Source: Candidatus Uhrbacteria bacterium GW2011_GWC2_41_11
Lineage (GTDB): Bacteria > Patescibacteriota > Patescibacteriia > UBA9934 > GWF2-40-263
Reading direction: 5' to 3'
Length of the DNA: 64,000 nt
NCBI GenBank assembly: GCA_000996355.1
Contig: LCAH01000001.1
Span: 18,482-82,481, forward strand
Shown: piece by piece, positions 48,573 to 59,326 of the stretch
Numbering within the stretch: position 1 is the stretch's first letter
How the letters are laid out: the number at the start of each line of letters is the position of its first letter
The notes under the pieces: model-generated
Told to the model about the DNA's origin: nothing
Seen by the model: only the letters and a program-made list of their open reading frames with translations
Database searches by the model: none
Translations under genes and position numbers: made by a program

Positions 48573-49412
48573 ATGACACCATTTGACCTCCAATATAAAC
48601 AAGCCATTCGAGATATTATGGATCATGGGTATGATGTTCCCAATCCGTGGTCTGGTCGAACACCCCGTATGTTACCAGGAGTGACATTGCGTGTTGATTT
48701 GAATGAGGGTTTTCCTTTGCTTACATTACGTAAAATTCCTTTGAAACTGTTTGTAGCCGAGCAAATTTGGTTTTTAATGGGAGAGAATAATCCAAAATGG
48801 CTTCAGTCGTTTACCAAGATTTGGGATGATTTTTTGGAAGAAGACGGGACGATTCAGGCTGCATACGGATATCGATGGCGACATCATTTTGGGCGGGATC
48901 AAATGGATGCATTGATTACGCATTTAACGGAAAACCCTCATTCTCGTCATGCAGTCATTGTGACATGGGATCCGTCTTCCGACGGGCTTGGAGTTGATTC
49001 GAAAAAGAATCTTCCGTGTCCATACACATTTACGGTAAACATCGCAGGAGGTCAGCTCCATCTTCATAACATCATTCGCAGCAATGATATGATGCTTGGT
49101 TGTCCGCACGATGTGGCTGGGTTTGCTCTTCTTCAATGTATTTTAGCTGAACGTCTCGGAGTGTGTCCTGGTATTTATACGCATTCTATTAGTAATGCGC
49201 ATATTTATGATAATCATTTTGCCGCCGCTCGCGAACTATTGGAACGAGAGAATGACCATCCGCCTGTCTCCTGTGTTGTTCCGATTGGAGCGTATGATCG
49301 TGCTAAACAAGGGGATGAAACACTTGTGAATGAATTATATCGACAATTGCAGACTCAGTATGTTCCAATGCTGCCTATTCCAGGAATGGAAATTACTGTG
49401 AATGTCTATTAG
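48573..49412 (+). CDS. thyA: thymidylate-synthase family enzyme with dCMP-type specificity residues (predicted dCMP methylase)
   Basis: FPLLTLRK, E63, IWD, YG, C149, RSND, HIY; P150 and D180 align with E. coli H147 and N177. Confidence 0.9.
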   Translation: MTPFDLQYKQAIRDIMDHGYDVPNPWSGRTPRMLPGVTLRVDLNEGFPLLTLRKIPLKLFVAEQIWFLMGENNPKWLQSFTKIWDDFLEEDGTIQAAYGYRWRHHFGRDQMDALITHLTENPHSRHAVIVTWDPSSDGLGVDSKKNLPCPYTFTVNIAGGQLHLHNIIRSNDMMLGCPHDVAGFALLQCILAERLGVCPGIYTHSISNAHIYDNHFAAARELLERENDHPPVSCVVPIGAYDRAKQGDETLVNELYRQLQTQYVPMLPIPGMEITVNVY

Positions 49413-49431
49413 GTATACGTGAGAATTTTTT

Positions 49432-49938
49432 ATGCGTATCGTACTTATTGCTGCGATTTCTGTTGATGGAAAAATAGCAGAAAAAAAAGAACAGTCCTCG
49501 TTAGACTGGACTTCCAGGGAAGATGTTCAGTTTTTTATTCGTAAAACAAAGGAATTAGGGACTGTTGTCATGGGTCGTAAGACATTTGAAACCATCGGTC
49601 ATGCCTTGCGTGATCGTCGAACGATTGTGATGACGCACCATATTCCTGAACAAACAGTTCCTGGTGTGGAATGGACAAATGAATCTCTATCTACGCTTGT
49701 TCATCGTTTGGAAAAAGAAGGAGTAGCGTCATTGGCAGTGATTGGTGGTTCAACGGTTTATTCAGAGTTTTTGAATGCTGGACTTATTCAAGAACTGTAT
49801 CTTACAGTCGAACCTATTTTGTTTGGATCTGGGGTTCCACTCGCTTCTGAAACTGGACGCATACATTTAGAACTTCTTGAAACAGAATTACTTGGTTCTG
49901 GTTCTGTATTGTTTCATTATCAAACTTTGTCTTCTTAG
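49432..49938 (+). CDS. folA: dihydrofolate reductase
   Basis: LIAA, W.SREDVQFF, VVMGRKTFETI, VIGG. Confidence 0.88.
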   Translation: MRIVLIAAISVDGKIAEKKEQSSLDWTSREDVQFFIRKTKELGTVVMGRKTFETIGHALRDRRTIVMTHHIPEQTVPGVEWTNESLSTLVHRLEKEGVASLAVIGGSTVYSEFLNAGLIQELYLTVEPILFGSGVPLASETGRIHLELLETELLGSGSVLFHYQTLSS

Positions 49939-49952
49939 AAGATTATTTTTTT

Positions 49953-50867
49953 ATGAATGATATTGCATATCCATACCTTCCTCCTGATCGAGGTTTTTCT
50001 TATATCTCTGAGGAAAATCCATTTATGCAAGAAGCAAAGCACGCGCGTCAAACGCTTGCAGGAGACTCAATTTTTCCGGTTGGAACAGTTTTAGTTCGTG
50101 ATGGAGAAATTTTAGCCAGAGCAGGGAATGGATATAATCGTGGATCAATTGTTCGTCATATTTGTCCAAGAGTGGTTTTCGAATGCCCAAGTGGACAAGG
50201 ATATGATTTGTGTCATTTTCATGATCCAGACGGACATGCAGAACAAATGGTTATCAAAAAAGCCCGAGAATCTGGGATTGATCCGATTGATGCAGATATT
50301 TATACGTACGGCCATTGGTGGGCGTGTGAATCCTGTTGGAATGTGATGATGGAGGCAGGAATAAAAAATGTCTATGTTTTGGAAGATGCTCATGAACGTT
50401 TTACTCGTGAAAAAGTGTATGCAGAAGTTATAAAATCAACTGTTCGTCATGCCTATATTTCTGGAGCTCTTTCAGGACTTCCAGATGAAATGAAATCGAC
50501 TCAAAAACGTTTGTACGAATTATTAGCTGATGTTTGTACAGAGGTCGGATGTGAGGCGTATGTTCCACACTTGCATACAGATCCAGAAGAACATCCGGAC
50601 GCTTCAGCTTCAGAAGTGTATGCAATTGATATGGACAAAGTCGCAACACGTGATGTCGTTATTGCCGAGGTATCCTATCCTTCATTTGGTGTCGGAGGAG
50701 AATTAGTACAAGCGTTTGTGAACGAAAAGAAAATTGTGCTTCTTTCGAAAAAAGGAATGCGTATTTCTCGATTTGTATTAGGAAATCCGGCTGTGGTGTA
50801 TCACATCGAATATGAAGATGAGACACAAGCGTGTCGGATGTTGAAAAATGTATTGAAACAAATTTAA
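49953..50867 (+). CDS. fusion of a dCMP-deaminase-like domain and a nucleoside 2-deoxyribosyltransferase/Rcl-like N-glycosidase domain
   Basis: N-half: NGYN, CPR...SG..YDLC, HAE, CESC. C-half: YISGAL, YVPH, D, PSFGVGGE. Confidence 0.82.
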   Translation: MNDIAYPYLPPDRGFSYISEENPFMQEAKHARQTLAGDSIFPVGTVLVRDGEILARAGNGYNRGSIVRHICPRVVFECPSGQGYDLCHFHDPDGHAEQMVIKKARESGIDPIDADIYTYGHWWACESCWNVMMEAGIKNVYVLEDAHERFTREKVYAEVIKSTVRHAYISGALSGLPDEMKSTQKRLYELLADVCTEVGCEAYVPHLHTDPEEHPDASASEVYAIDMDKVATRDVVIAEVSYPSFGVGGELVQAFVNEKKIVLLSKKGMRISRFVLGNPAVVYHIEYEDETQACRMLKNVLKQI

Positions 50868-51526
50868 TTTGAAAGACCAAACTGTTTTTTCAGTTCATCC
50901 ATACGACCTTGAATGAGTAACCGGCGTTCTTCTTCTTTATCAAGTTGAAATGTCGGTGATGATATTCCGCTATATTTGGCTTTGCTTAATCCATGTAGAC
51001 AAGCTTCTTCTTCTGTGATTGGGGAAGAGAGCTCCTGAAAAAGAATCTGACAAATACGTTCTCCAGGATACACACGCAGGACTTGGTTTCCTGCTTCATT
51101 TTTCATGGGGAAAATAAGATGGCCTTTATATCCCGCATCAATAATGCCTGAAAGGGAAAGATCAATACCGCGTCGGTTGGTAGAGGTACGAGGAAAAAGA
51201 ACAGCCATGAGATTTGGTGCGCGCATTTCGATGTGTTCCAAAGAAGTTGCGATAACAAATTCATTGGGGAGGATTTCAAAAAATTGTCCGGGTTTGAGAC
51301 AGACTTCATCAAATTGTTCCTGTGCACTAATCGTTTCATCAATAGAAACCGTAATGGCTCGTCTTCCTGTTTTATCAAGTGCCCAATTTCGGGGAATAAA
51401 AAAATGAAACCCAAGGCGAAGATCCACAGCATGCGGTTGCAATTGGAATTGATCAACCATGGGATCAAAATCAATCAATCCGTGTTGCATTGCTTGAAGA
51501 ATTTCTGGGCGAGTGAGAACAGCCAT
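50864..51526 (-). CDS. dcd: dCTP-deaminase/dUTPase family protein lacking the catalytic Glu
   Basis: QPHAVDLRLG, RTSTNR, IDAGYKG, YPGERICQ; Pro140 at the E. coli E138 position. Confidence 0.8.
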   Translation of the reverse strand: MAVLTRPEILQAMQHGLIDFDPMVDQFQLQPHAVDLRLGFHFFIPRNWALDKTGRRAITVSIDETISAQEQFDEVCLKPGQFFEILPNEFVIATSLEHIEMRAPNLMAVLFPRTSTNRRGIDLSLSGIIDAGYKGHLIFPMKNEAGNQVLRVYPGERICQILFQELSSPITEEEACLHGLSKAKYSGISSPTFQLDKEEERRLLIQGRMDELKKQFGLSN

Positions 51527-51593
51527 AATACGTTTAGATTACCTTACTATTTTAGAAAAAGAAAAGCCGTCCAAAGACGGGTGCTTTGAACGG

Positions 51594-52016
51594 CTATGAT
51601 AAGAGACGTTTTCCAAGGGCAAGCTGTATTAACCAGTGAAGATCTTGAAGATCATTATCTTGGGCTGTCTGAGCAAACACAAGGGCAAGATGTTTCGCTT
51701 CCTTCACGTCTCCATGGTGAAGAAAAGTCAAAATGCGTAGTTTCAGAAGAGATGGGTGGCATACTCTTGGATGTATATAAGCCAGACGTTCTGCACGCAT
51801 CTTGGCTTTTTCTTGTTCTCCAATCGTGAGATATGCCCAGATTGCATTTGTGTCGCGATCCATGCCGTGACGTCCAAGGAAGATGGGAGCATCTTCCAAA
51901 ATACGTTTAGCAAGACCTTTACCATCACTATCTGAATTTGCATCATCTGCCATAGCGATATTTTCTGTGAGAGTTTCCGCAATCCAGCGTATCGGGGGCG
52001 TTGGCAGATGTTCCAT
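51594..52016 (-). CDS. hypothetical helical (TPR-like) protein
   Basis: GGAGGTG SD before ATG 52016. Confidence 0.55.
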   Translation of the reverse strand: MEHLPTPPIRWIAETLTENIAMADDANSDSDGKGLAKRILEDAPIFLGRHGMDRDTNAIWAYLTIGEQEKAKMRAERLAYIHPRVCHPSLLKLRILTFLHHGDVKEAKHLALVFAQTAQDNDLQDLHWLIQLALGKRLLS

Positions 52017-52102
52017 TTTCACCTCCAAATATGAGACATGTCAGAAATTTTTTAAAAGAACAACGACATAGATGCTAGGACGAATCTGTTTGTCTGTCAA
52101 TA

Positions 52103-52135
52103 CAAAAACTGCCAGACGTATGTAGGCAGTTTTTG
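52103..52135 (-). terminator. terminator of rplA
   Basis: CAAAAACTGCC...GGCAGTTTTTG. Confidence 0.7.
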
Positions 52136-52154
52136 TGTGGTCTAAAAAATTTTT

Positions 52155-52838
52155 TTAGATTGGAATTTCGATATGAATTCCAGGACCCATAGTTGAACAG
52201 ATGACGGCATTGCGAATATAAATTCCTTTCGAAGCAGCTGGTTTATTTTTTCGAACTATTTCAACAAGAGCAAGAAGATTTTCTTTTAATTTGGGGATTT
52301 CGAATGACACACGACCAAATGTTTGGTGCACATTGCCTGTATCATCGTTCTTGAAGCTAATTTTTCCCGCTTTTTGTTCTTGAATCATTTTTGTCACGTT
52401 TGCGCCAATGGTATCTGTTTTTGGATTTGGCATCAGACCGCGCGGACCGAGGATTTTTGCCAGTTTCGCAAGTTTTGACATCATACCGGGAGTCGCGACT
52501 GCCACATCAAATTCAATGTGTTCCGTTTTCACCAATTGACCAATCAATTCTTCGCCACCGACGACATCTGCACCTGCCGCTTTTGCATCCGCTTCTTTTT
52601 CCGCTTCCACAAATGCCGCAACACGTTTTGTTCGACCTGTTCCATGTGGAAGACTCACTGTTCCGCGAACTTGTTGGTCGCCTTTGGTTGGATCAATACC
52701 GAGGTGAAGATGAAGTTCAACAGATGCATCAAACTTTTGAACAGAGCTCTGTTTGAGAAGAGTTAATGCTTCTTCAATCGGATAAACGCGTTTTGTATCA
52801 ATGAGTTTTTTTGCCTCCTGGTAACGTTTGCTTGGCAT
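52155..52838 (-). CDS. rplA: 50S ribosomal protein L1
   Basis: [36 protein letters not shown]; ATG at 52838. Confidence 0.97.
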   Translation of the reverse strand: MPSKRYQEAKKLIDTKRVYPIEEALTLLKQSSVQKFDASVELHLHLGIDPTKGDQQVRGTVSLPHGTGRTKRVAAFVEAEKEADAKAAGADVVGGEELIGQLVKTEHIEFDVAVATPGMMSKLAKLAKILGPRGLMPNPKTDTIGANVTKMIQEQKAGKISFKNDDTGNVHQTFGRVSFEIPKLKENLLALVEIVRKNKPAASKGIYIRNAVICSTMGPGIHIEIPI

Positions 52839-52847
52839 AGAAATAAC

Positions 52848-52880
52848 GTGGTTATAACGCTCTTTTTTGTGAGCTCCCAC
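52848..52880 (-). promoter_or_regulatory. L1 autogenous-control leader site
   Basis: GTGGGAG-CTC...GAGCG-TTATA-ACCAC immediately upstream of rplA, matching the known GUGGGAG...ACCAC L1-binding pattern. Confidence 0.7.
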
Positions 52881-52892
52881 CTAGATAAAAAA

Positions 52893-53243
52893 TTAGGCAT
52901 TTTTTTCCTCTTGTTCTTCGGTCCAGTCGCGATAGACTACGCGCCAATGAAGCCAGAACAAGGGAGCAGCAACAAGAATCATCGCAATGTCACGCACAGC
53001 AGATTGTTGCTTGCGAACATGTGCACTTTTGATTTCATCTGTTTTCTGAATGTCACATGCTTCTTTGGTCTGTATCGTATTGTCGCAATAGGATGGATAT
53101 TCAGGCGCATCTGCTGCGGAAAAAACAAAGGTACGCAACGTAATATTTAAGAGATCAGAAACAGAGAAAATAAGCATCATGAGTGTCACGAACGTCACAA
53201 GGACGAAATAGATACGCAAGATGACAGATCCACCTTTTGTCAT
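52893..53243 (-). CDS. two-TM hypothetical protein inserted between rplK and rplA
   Basis: RIYFVLVTFVTL...VAAPLFWLHW; Cys pair in the loop. Confidence 0.75.
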   Translation of the reverse strand: MTKGGSVILRIYFVLVTFVTLMMLIFSVSDLLNITLRTFVFSAADAPEYPSYCDNTIQTKEACDIQKTDEIKSAHVRKQQSAVRDIAMILVAAPLFWLHWRVVYRDWTEEQEEKNA

Positions 53244-53251
53244 AGGAAAAT

Positions 53252-53674
53252 TTATTTAATTTCAACTCCCATTTGACGAGCGGTTCCAGCAATAATTTTC
53301 ATAGCCTGTTCCACATCTGTGGTATTCAAATCCGGAAGTTTCTTTTCCGCAATTTCTCGTAATTGAGCCTGTGTGAGGTTTCCTTTTTTTTCCTGAAGAG
53401 GTTTTGCCGAACCTTTGTCTAAACCAGCTGCTTTTTTAATCAATTCTGAAGCAGGAGCGATTTTCGTGATAAAATCGAAGGTTCGATCTTCGTATACATT
53501 AATGATCACTGGAACAACTTCTCCAAGACGGCTCTGAGTGGCTGCATTGAATTTTGTAACGAAATCCTGAATGTTCAAACCATGTTGACCAAGGGCAGGA
53601 CCGACTGGTGGAGCGGGAGTTGCTTTTCCTCCGGAAATTTGGAGTTTTATTTGGGTGGTTAATTTTTTGGCCAT
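53252..53674 (-). CDS. rplK: 50S ribosomal protein L11
   Basis: [24 protein letters not shown]. Confidence 0.97.
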   Translation of the reverse strand: MAKKLTTQIKLQISGGKATPAPPVGPALGQHGLNIQDFVTKFNAATQSRLGEVVPVIINVYEDRTFDFITKIAPASELIKKAAGLDKGSAKPLQEKKGNLTQAQLREIAEKKLPDLNTTDVEQAMKIIAGTARQMGVEIK

Positions 53675-53739
53675 AGCGTTTTGTTTAATGGATTCTTTCG
53701 TCCATAGGCGAAAGTAACCATGCTATGAATTAAAAGTGG

Positions 53740-54285
53740 CTAGATTTTTTTTACCTGTAAGAAATCCAATTCCACAGGTGTTTCTCGACCAAACATATTG
53801 ACCAATACTTTTACCTTTCCGCGTGCGTGGTCAATTTCAGAAACTTTTCCTTCGAAATTTTTGAATGGTCCATCGGTAATCTGAACAGGGGATCCGGGTT
53901 CGACATCCAATTTGTATTCTGGTTCTGACAATCCCATGCGTTTTTGAAGTGCTGTGATTTCTTCTTCGGAAACAGGTGTTGGTGTTGTTCCAGTTCCAAT
54001 AAAACCTGTGACATTTGGCGTGTTACGAACAACATACCAAGAGTCATCTGTGACAATCATTTCAATGAGAACATATCCAGGAAAAACTTTTTCTTCTGTG
54101 ACACGCCGCTTTCCATTTTTAATTTTGATTTTTTTCTCTTTTGGAACTAGAACATTGAATATTTTATCTTCCATGTCCATCGTATCAATACGTTGGTGGA
54201 GGTTTTCCGCAACGTTTTCTTCGTAACCGGAATACGTATGAATGGCATACCACCGGCGACCATGTTTGGCTATTTGTTTTGGCAT
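53740..54285 (-). CDS. nusG: transcription factor NusG
   Basis: WYAIHTYSGYE, FPGYVL, KOW domain, MFGRETPVEL. Confidence 0.97.
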   Translation of the reverse strand: MPKQIAKHGRRWYAIHTYSGYEENVAENLHQRIDTMDMEDKIFNVLVPKEKKIKIKNGKRRVTEEKVFPGYVLIEMIVTDDSWYVVRNTPNVTGFIGTGTTPTPVSEEEITALQKRMGLSEPEYKLDVEPGSPVQITDGPFKNFEGKVSEIDHARGKVKVLVNMFGRETPVELDFLQVKKI

Positions 54286-54298
54286 AGCTTGCCTATTT

Positions 54299-54514
54299 TT
54301 AAGAAGCGAGGTCGATGAGTTTATTTAATCCCAAGGTAAATGTCCAATCAAGAAAGGCAATGAATGCGGCAAGAATCGTACACCCTATGATAATGAGAAG
54401 AGAGTAACGAAATGTTTCCTTGCGTGAAGGCCAGGTGACTTTACTGAATTCTTCTTTAGATTCCCGGAGATAGGTGAGAAGATTGAACCGTTTTTGAGTG
54501 GTTTCTTGTGTCAT
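54299..54514 (-). CDS. secE: preprotein translocase SecE
   Basis: EFSKVTWPSRKE plus one TM; upstream of nusG. Confidence 0.93.
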   Translation of the reverse strand: MTQETTQKRFNLLTYLRESKEEFSKVTWPSRKETFRYSLLIIIGCTILAAFIAFLDWTFTLGLNKLIDLAS

Positions 54515-54653
54515 ATGTGTTCAATAACCGGTTTTTAACAGAAAAGTCTTTCTTTAGTTTAGAACAAATTTTTCTATTTTAAAACCCCCGTCGGGGGTTC
54601 AATAGCTCTATTAAATCATATATGTGGCTGATTGGCAAGAGAAAAATGACAAA

Positions 54654-54689
54654 AAAAGAAAAAACGGGTTAAAAACCCGTTTTTTCTTT

Positions 54690-54691
<2 letters not shown>
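54654..54691 (-). terminator. terminator of gyrB
   Basis: AAAAGAAAAAACGGGTT-AAA-AACCCGTTTTTTCTTTT. Confidence 0.75.
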
Positions 54692-56732
<2,041 letters not shown>

Positions 56733-56830
56733 TCACGGTACAAGAATACCATATCGTTTCTGTTCTATCCATGTATTCCATGGATCCGTGTCCTTCGAAT
56801 CGTTATCTGGGTTTGGTATACTGGTGCGGT

Positions 56831-57712
56831 ATGGCAAATGGGTTGTTGCGTGAAGAAGAAAAGGAATTTAAGACGTTTTATAAACGTGCCCTCTGGTGGG
56901 TGGAACATCGGGAAATATTGAAACAGATCGGACTGATTTTTTGGATGATCTGTGATGCTATTTTGATTATCTACGCGTCCTGGGGATTGATAGACGGATT
57001 TGTTTTGAATAGTGATTCTGAAAATCGATATGTTGCAACAGCCGCTATTGTTGGACAAACAGATTTGCATGCCTTTACAAGAGCGCATGCTGCCAAACCA
57101 ATTGGAGTGGGAGAAACATCTGTTTTTCCTCTGAGTGATCGTCGATATGATTTTTATACGTCCATCTCTAATCCAAATACGAGTTGGTATGCAGATTTTG
57201 AATATACGTTTTCTTTCAAAGACGGGGAGACAACAACACAAAACGGATTTCTCCTTCCTGGGGAAGAGAAGCCGCTTGTTTTTCTTGCTCATACAGCACC
57301 AACTCGTCCAATGTCGGCAGGTGTGCGTCTTTCAAATGTTCATTGGCATCGAATCGACCGTCATGTGATTCCAGATTATGAACAATGGTATGCAGATCGA
57401 ATGAATTTTTCTTTTCAAAATATTTTATTTACCAAAGATTTGCAGGTGGATAGTCAGACCATTGGTCAGGCAAGTTTTGAGGTAAAAAATCGTTCGGCTT
57501 TCAGTTTTTGGGAACCGAATTTTTTTATTCTTCTTTTACGCGGTAATAGCGTTGTCGGAGTCACTCGAACCACCCTGGAACAATTCAAGACCGGAGAGAT
57601 GCGAGAGGTAAAAGTGAATTGGTTTGGTCCTTTGCCTGCGGTCTCTAAAGTGGAAGTGATTGCGGAAATGAATCCGTTTGATAAAGATGTGTTCATGTCA
57701 CTCGGAAAATAA
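56831..57712 (+). CDS. conserved hypothetical membrane-anchored beta-rich protein
   Basis: ATG at 56831; one TM then two Ig-like segments (ISNPN, FLLPGEEK). Confidence 0.7.
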   Translation: MANGLLREEEKEFKTFYKRALWWVEHREILKQIGLIFWMICDAILIIYASWGLIDGFVLNSDSENRYVATAAIVGQTDLHAFTRAHAAKPIGVGETSVFPLSDRRYDFYTSISNPNTSWYADFEYTFSFKDGETTTQNGFLLPGEEKPLVFLAHTAPTRPMSAGVRLSNVHWHRIDRHVIPDYEQWYADRMNFSFQNILFTKDLQVDSQTIGQASFEVKNRSAFSFWEPNFFILLLRGNSVVGVTRTTLEQFKTGEMREVKVNWFGPLPAVSKVEVIAEMNPFDKDVFMSLGK

Positions 57713-57735
57713 ACATGCTAAGAGAGTGCGTTTTT

Positions 57736-58866
57736 ATGTCGCGTTTTTTTGCGTTTTGTCGGCGAGCTGATTGGTTACTCCTCTTGGCTACGGTTGCACT
57801 CGTAAGTTTTGGTTTTTCTGCCATGTATTCGATCACCCTTTCCCAATCCGGAACCGGGGGAGGCTTTCTTCAAAAACAATTGATCGCGTTTGGAATTGGC
57901 ATTATTTTTTTTCTTTTCATGGCTCGTGCCAATTATCGACTTTTGCGCAGTTATAGCATTCTCTTTTATATCGGAGCGTTGCTTAGCCTAATCGGAGTTC
58001 TTTTTTTGGGGATAACGAATCGCGGAACAACCGGCTGGTTTGTAATTGGAAGTTTCCATTTTCAACCAGTGGAATTTGCGAAACTCGCACTCGTCATTTT
58101 ACTCGCGCGTTATTTTAGTGAGCAAACACGAAGACCACTTGGATTGCGAGCGTGTTTGGAAAGTGGTTTTCTTACCTCACTTCTCGTTGGATTCACTCTT
58201 CTTCAACCAGATCTTGGTTCTGCATTATTACTTGTGGGAACCTGGTTTCTTTTGTTGATATTTGTTGGGATAAAAAAACGTTATCTTTTTGGTTTTATAG
58301 GAATTGGAGTGATTATCTGTGCTTTTTCATGGCAATTTCTTCTTGCAGATTTTCAGCGTGCGCGTTTGCGTACCTTTCTAGATCCAGCCGCTGATCCGAG
58401 CGGACAAGGATATAATGTTCGCCAGGCCGTCATTGCGGTGGGAAGCGGACAGTGGTTTGGTCGCGGTCTCGGGTTTGGTTCACAAAGTCAATTGAAATTC
58501 ATTCCTGAAAGTCAGACAGATTTTATTTTTGCTGTCATTGCGGAAGAATTTGGGTTTGTGGGAGTTCTGGTTCTTCTCAGTGCATTTTTTTTGTTATTTC
58601 AACGTCTTTTACATTATGCATCGCTCACATCTGATGATTTTACAAGTGCGCTTTTAATCGGAATTGGTTCTCTGCTTTTTTTGCAATTTCTTGTCAACGT
58701 CGGGATGAATATAGGTCTTTTGCCTGTGACAGGTATTGCATTGCCCTTGGTGAGTTATGGAGGAAGTTCACTTCTGATGACTCTTGCCATGCTGGGAATT
58801 GCCGAAAGTGTTGCGATTCGAATGGCTGGATCGCGTCCACTTTCTTCTTTAGATAAAACATGGTAG
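57736..58866 (+). CDS. rodA: SEDS peptidoglycan glycosyltransferase RodA
   Basis: FQPVEFAK, QPDLGS, GYNVRQ, PESQTDFIFAVIAEEFG, PVTGIALPLVSYGGSS. Confidence 0.9.
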   Translation: MSRFFAFCRRADWLLLLATVALVSFGFSAMYSITLSQSGTGGGFLQKQLIAFGIGIIFFLFMARANYRLLRSYSILFYIGALLSLIGVLFLGITNRGTTGWFVIGSFHFQPVEFAKLALVILLARYFSEQTRRPLGLRACLESGFLTSLLVGFTLLQPDLGSALLLVGTWFLLLIFVGIKKRYLFGFIGIGVIICAFSWQFLLADFQRARLRTFLDPAADPSGQGYNVRQAVIAVGSGQWFGRGLGFGSQSQLKFIPESQTDFIFAVIAEEFGFVGVLVLLSAFFLLFQRLLHYASLTSDDFTSALLIGIGSLLFLQFLVNVGMNIGLLPVTGIALPLVSYGGSSLLMTLAMLGIAESVAIRMAGSRPLSSLDKTW

Positions 58867-58892
58867 AGTCCAAAGGATTTTTTTGTTTTCGT

Positions 58893-59246
58893 ATGTCTCG
58901 TACATCAAAGGATTCTTCAACGAATTTTTGGCGCGATGGTTTGAAAATCGCGTCTTATTGTCCGTTATGTGAATCTCATTCAAATCCCATGGATACCCGT
59001 GTCATTGGAGAAGATGAAGAAAGCCGTTTATTGTTTATTCGTTGTCATAAGTGTGCAAATTCCATTTTGACCATTGTCCTTATTCATAAGGGGGGAATGA
59101 GTTCTGTAGGACTTGTGACTGATTTAACCTTTGAAGATGTTCTCCGATTTCGTAAAGGACGACGAATATCAACAAATGATGTTTTGGCTATGCATGAATG
59201 GCTTACAAGTAGTCGATTTTCTACGTGGTTGTCATCTCAATCATGA
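58893..59246 (+). CDS. small Zn-ribbon protein (CPLC...CHKC)
   Basis: Two CxxC motifs; GLVTDLT..DV.RF. Confidence 0.7.
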   Translation: MSRTSKDSSTNFWRDGLKIASYCPLCESHSNPMDTRVIGEDEESRLLFIRCHKCANSILTIVLIHKGGMSSVGLVTDLTFEDVLRFRKGRRISTNDVLAMHEWLTSSRFSTWLSSQS

Positions 59247-59326
59247 TTTTTTGCTTATCTTGACAATTTTGATTCTGTTCGGCACAATGGCGCCACTTAT
59301 TGATAGGTTTTTCCTCTTTTTGATTT

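Noticed and set aside
49953-50450. TadA or RibD assignment for the deaminase domain
   Set aside because: It has the Cys-rich dCMP-deaminase-type insert, lacks the TadA TLEPC motif, and sits in a dNTP operon.
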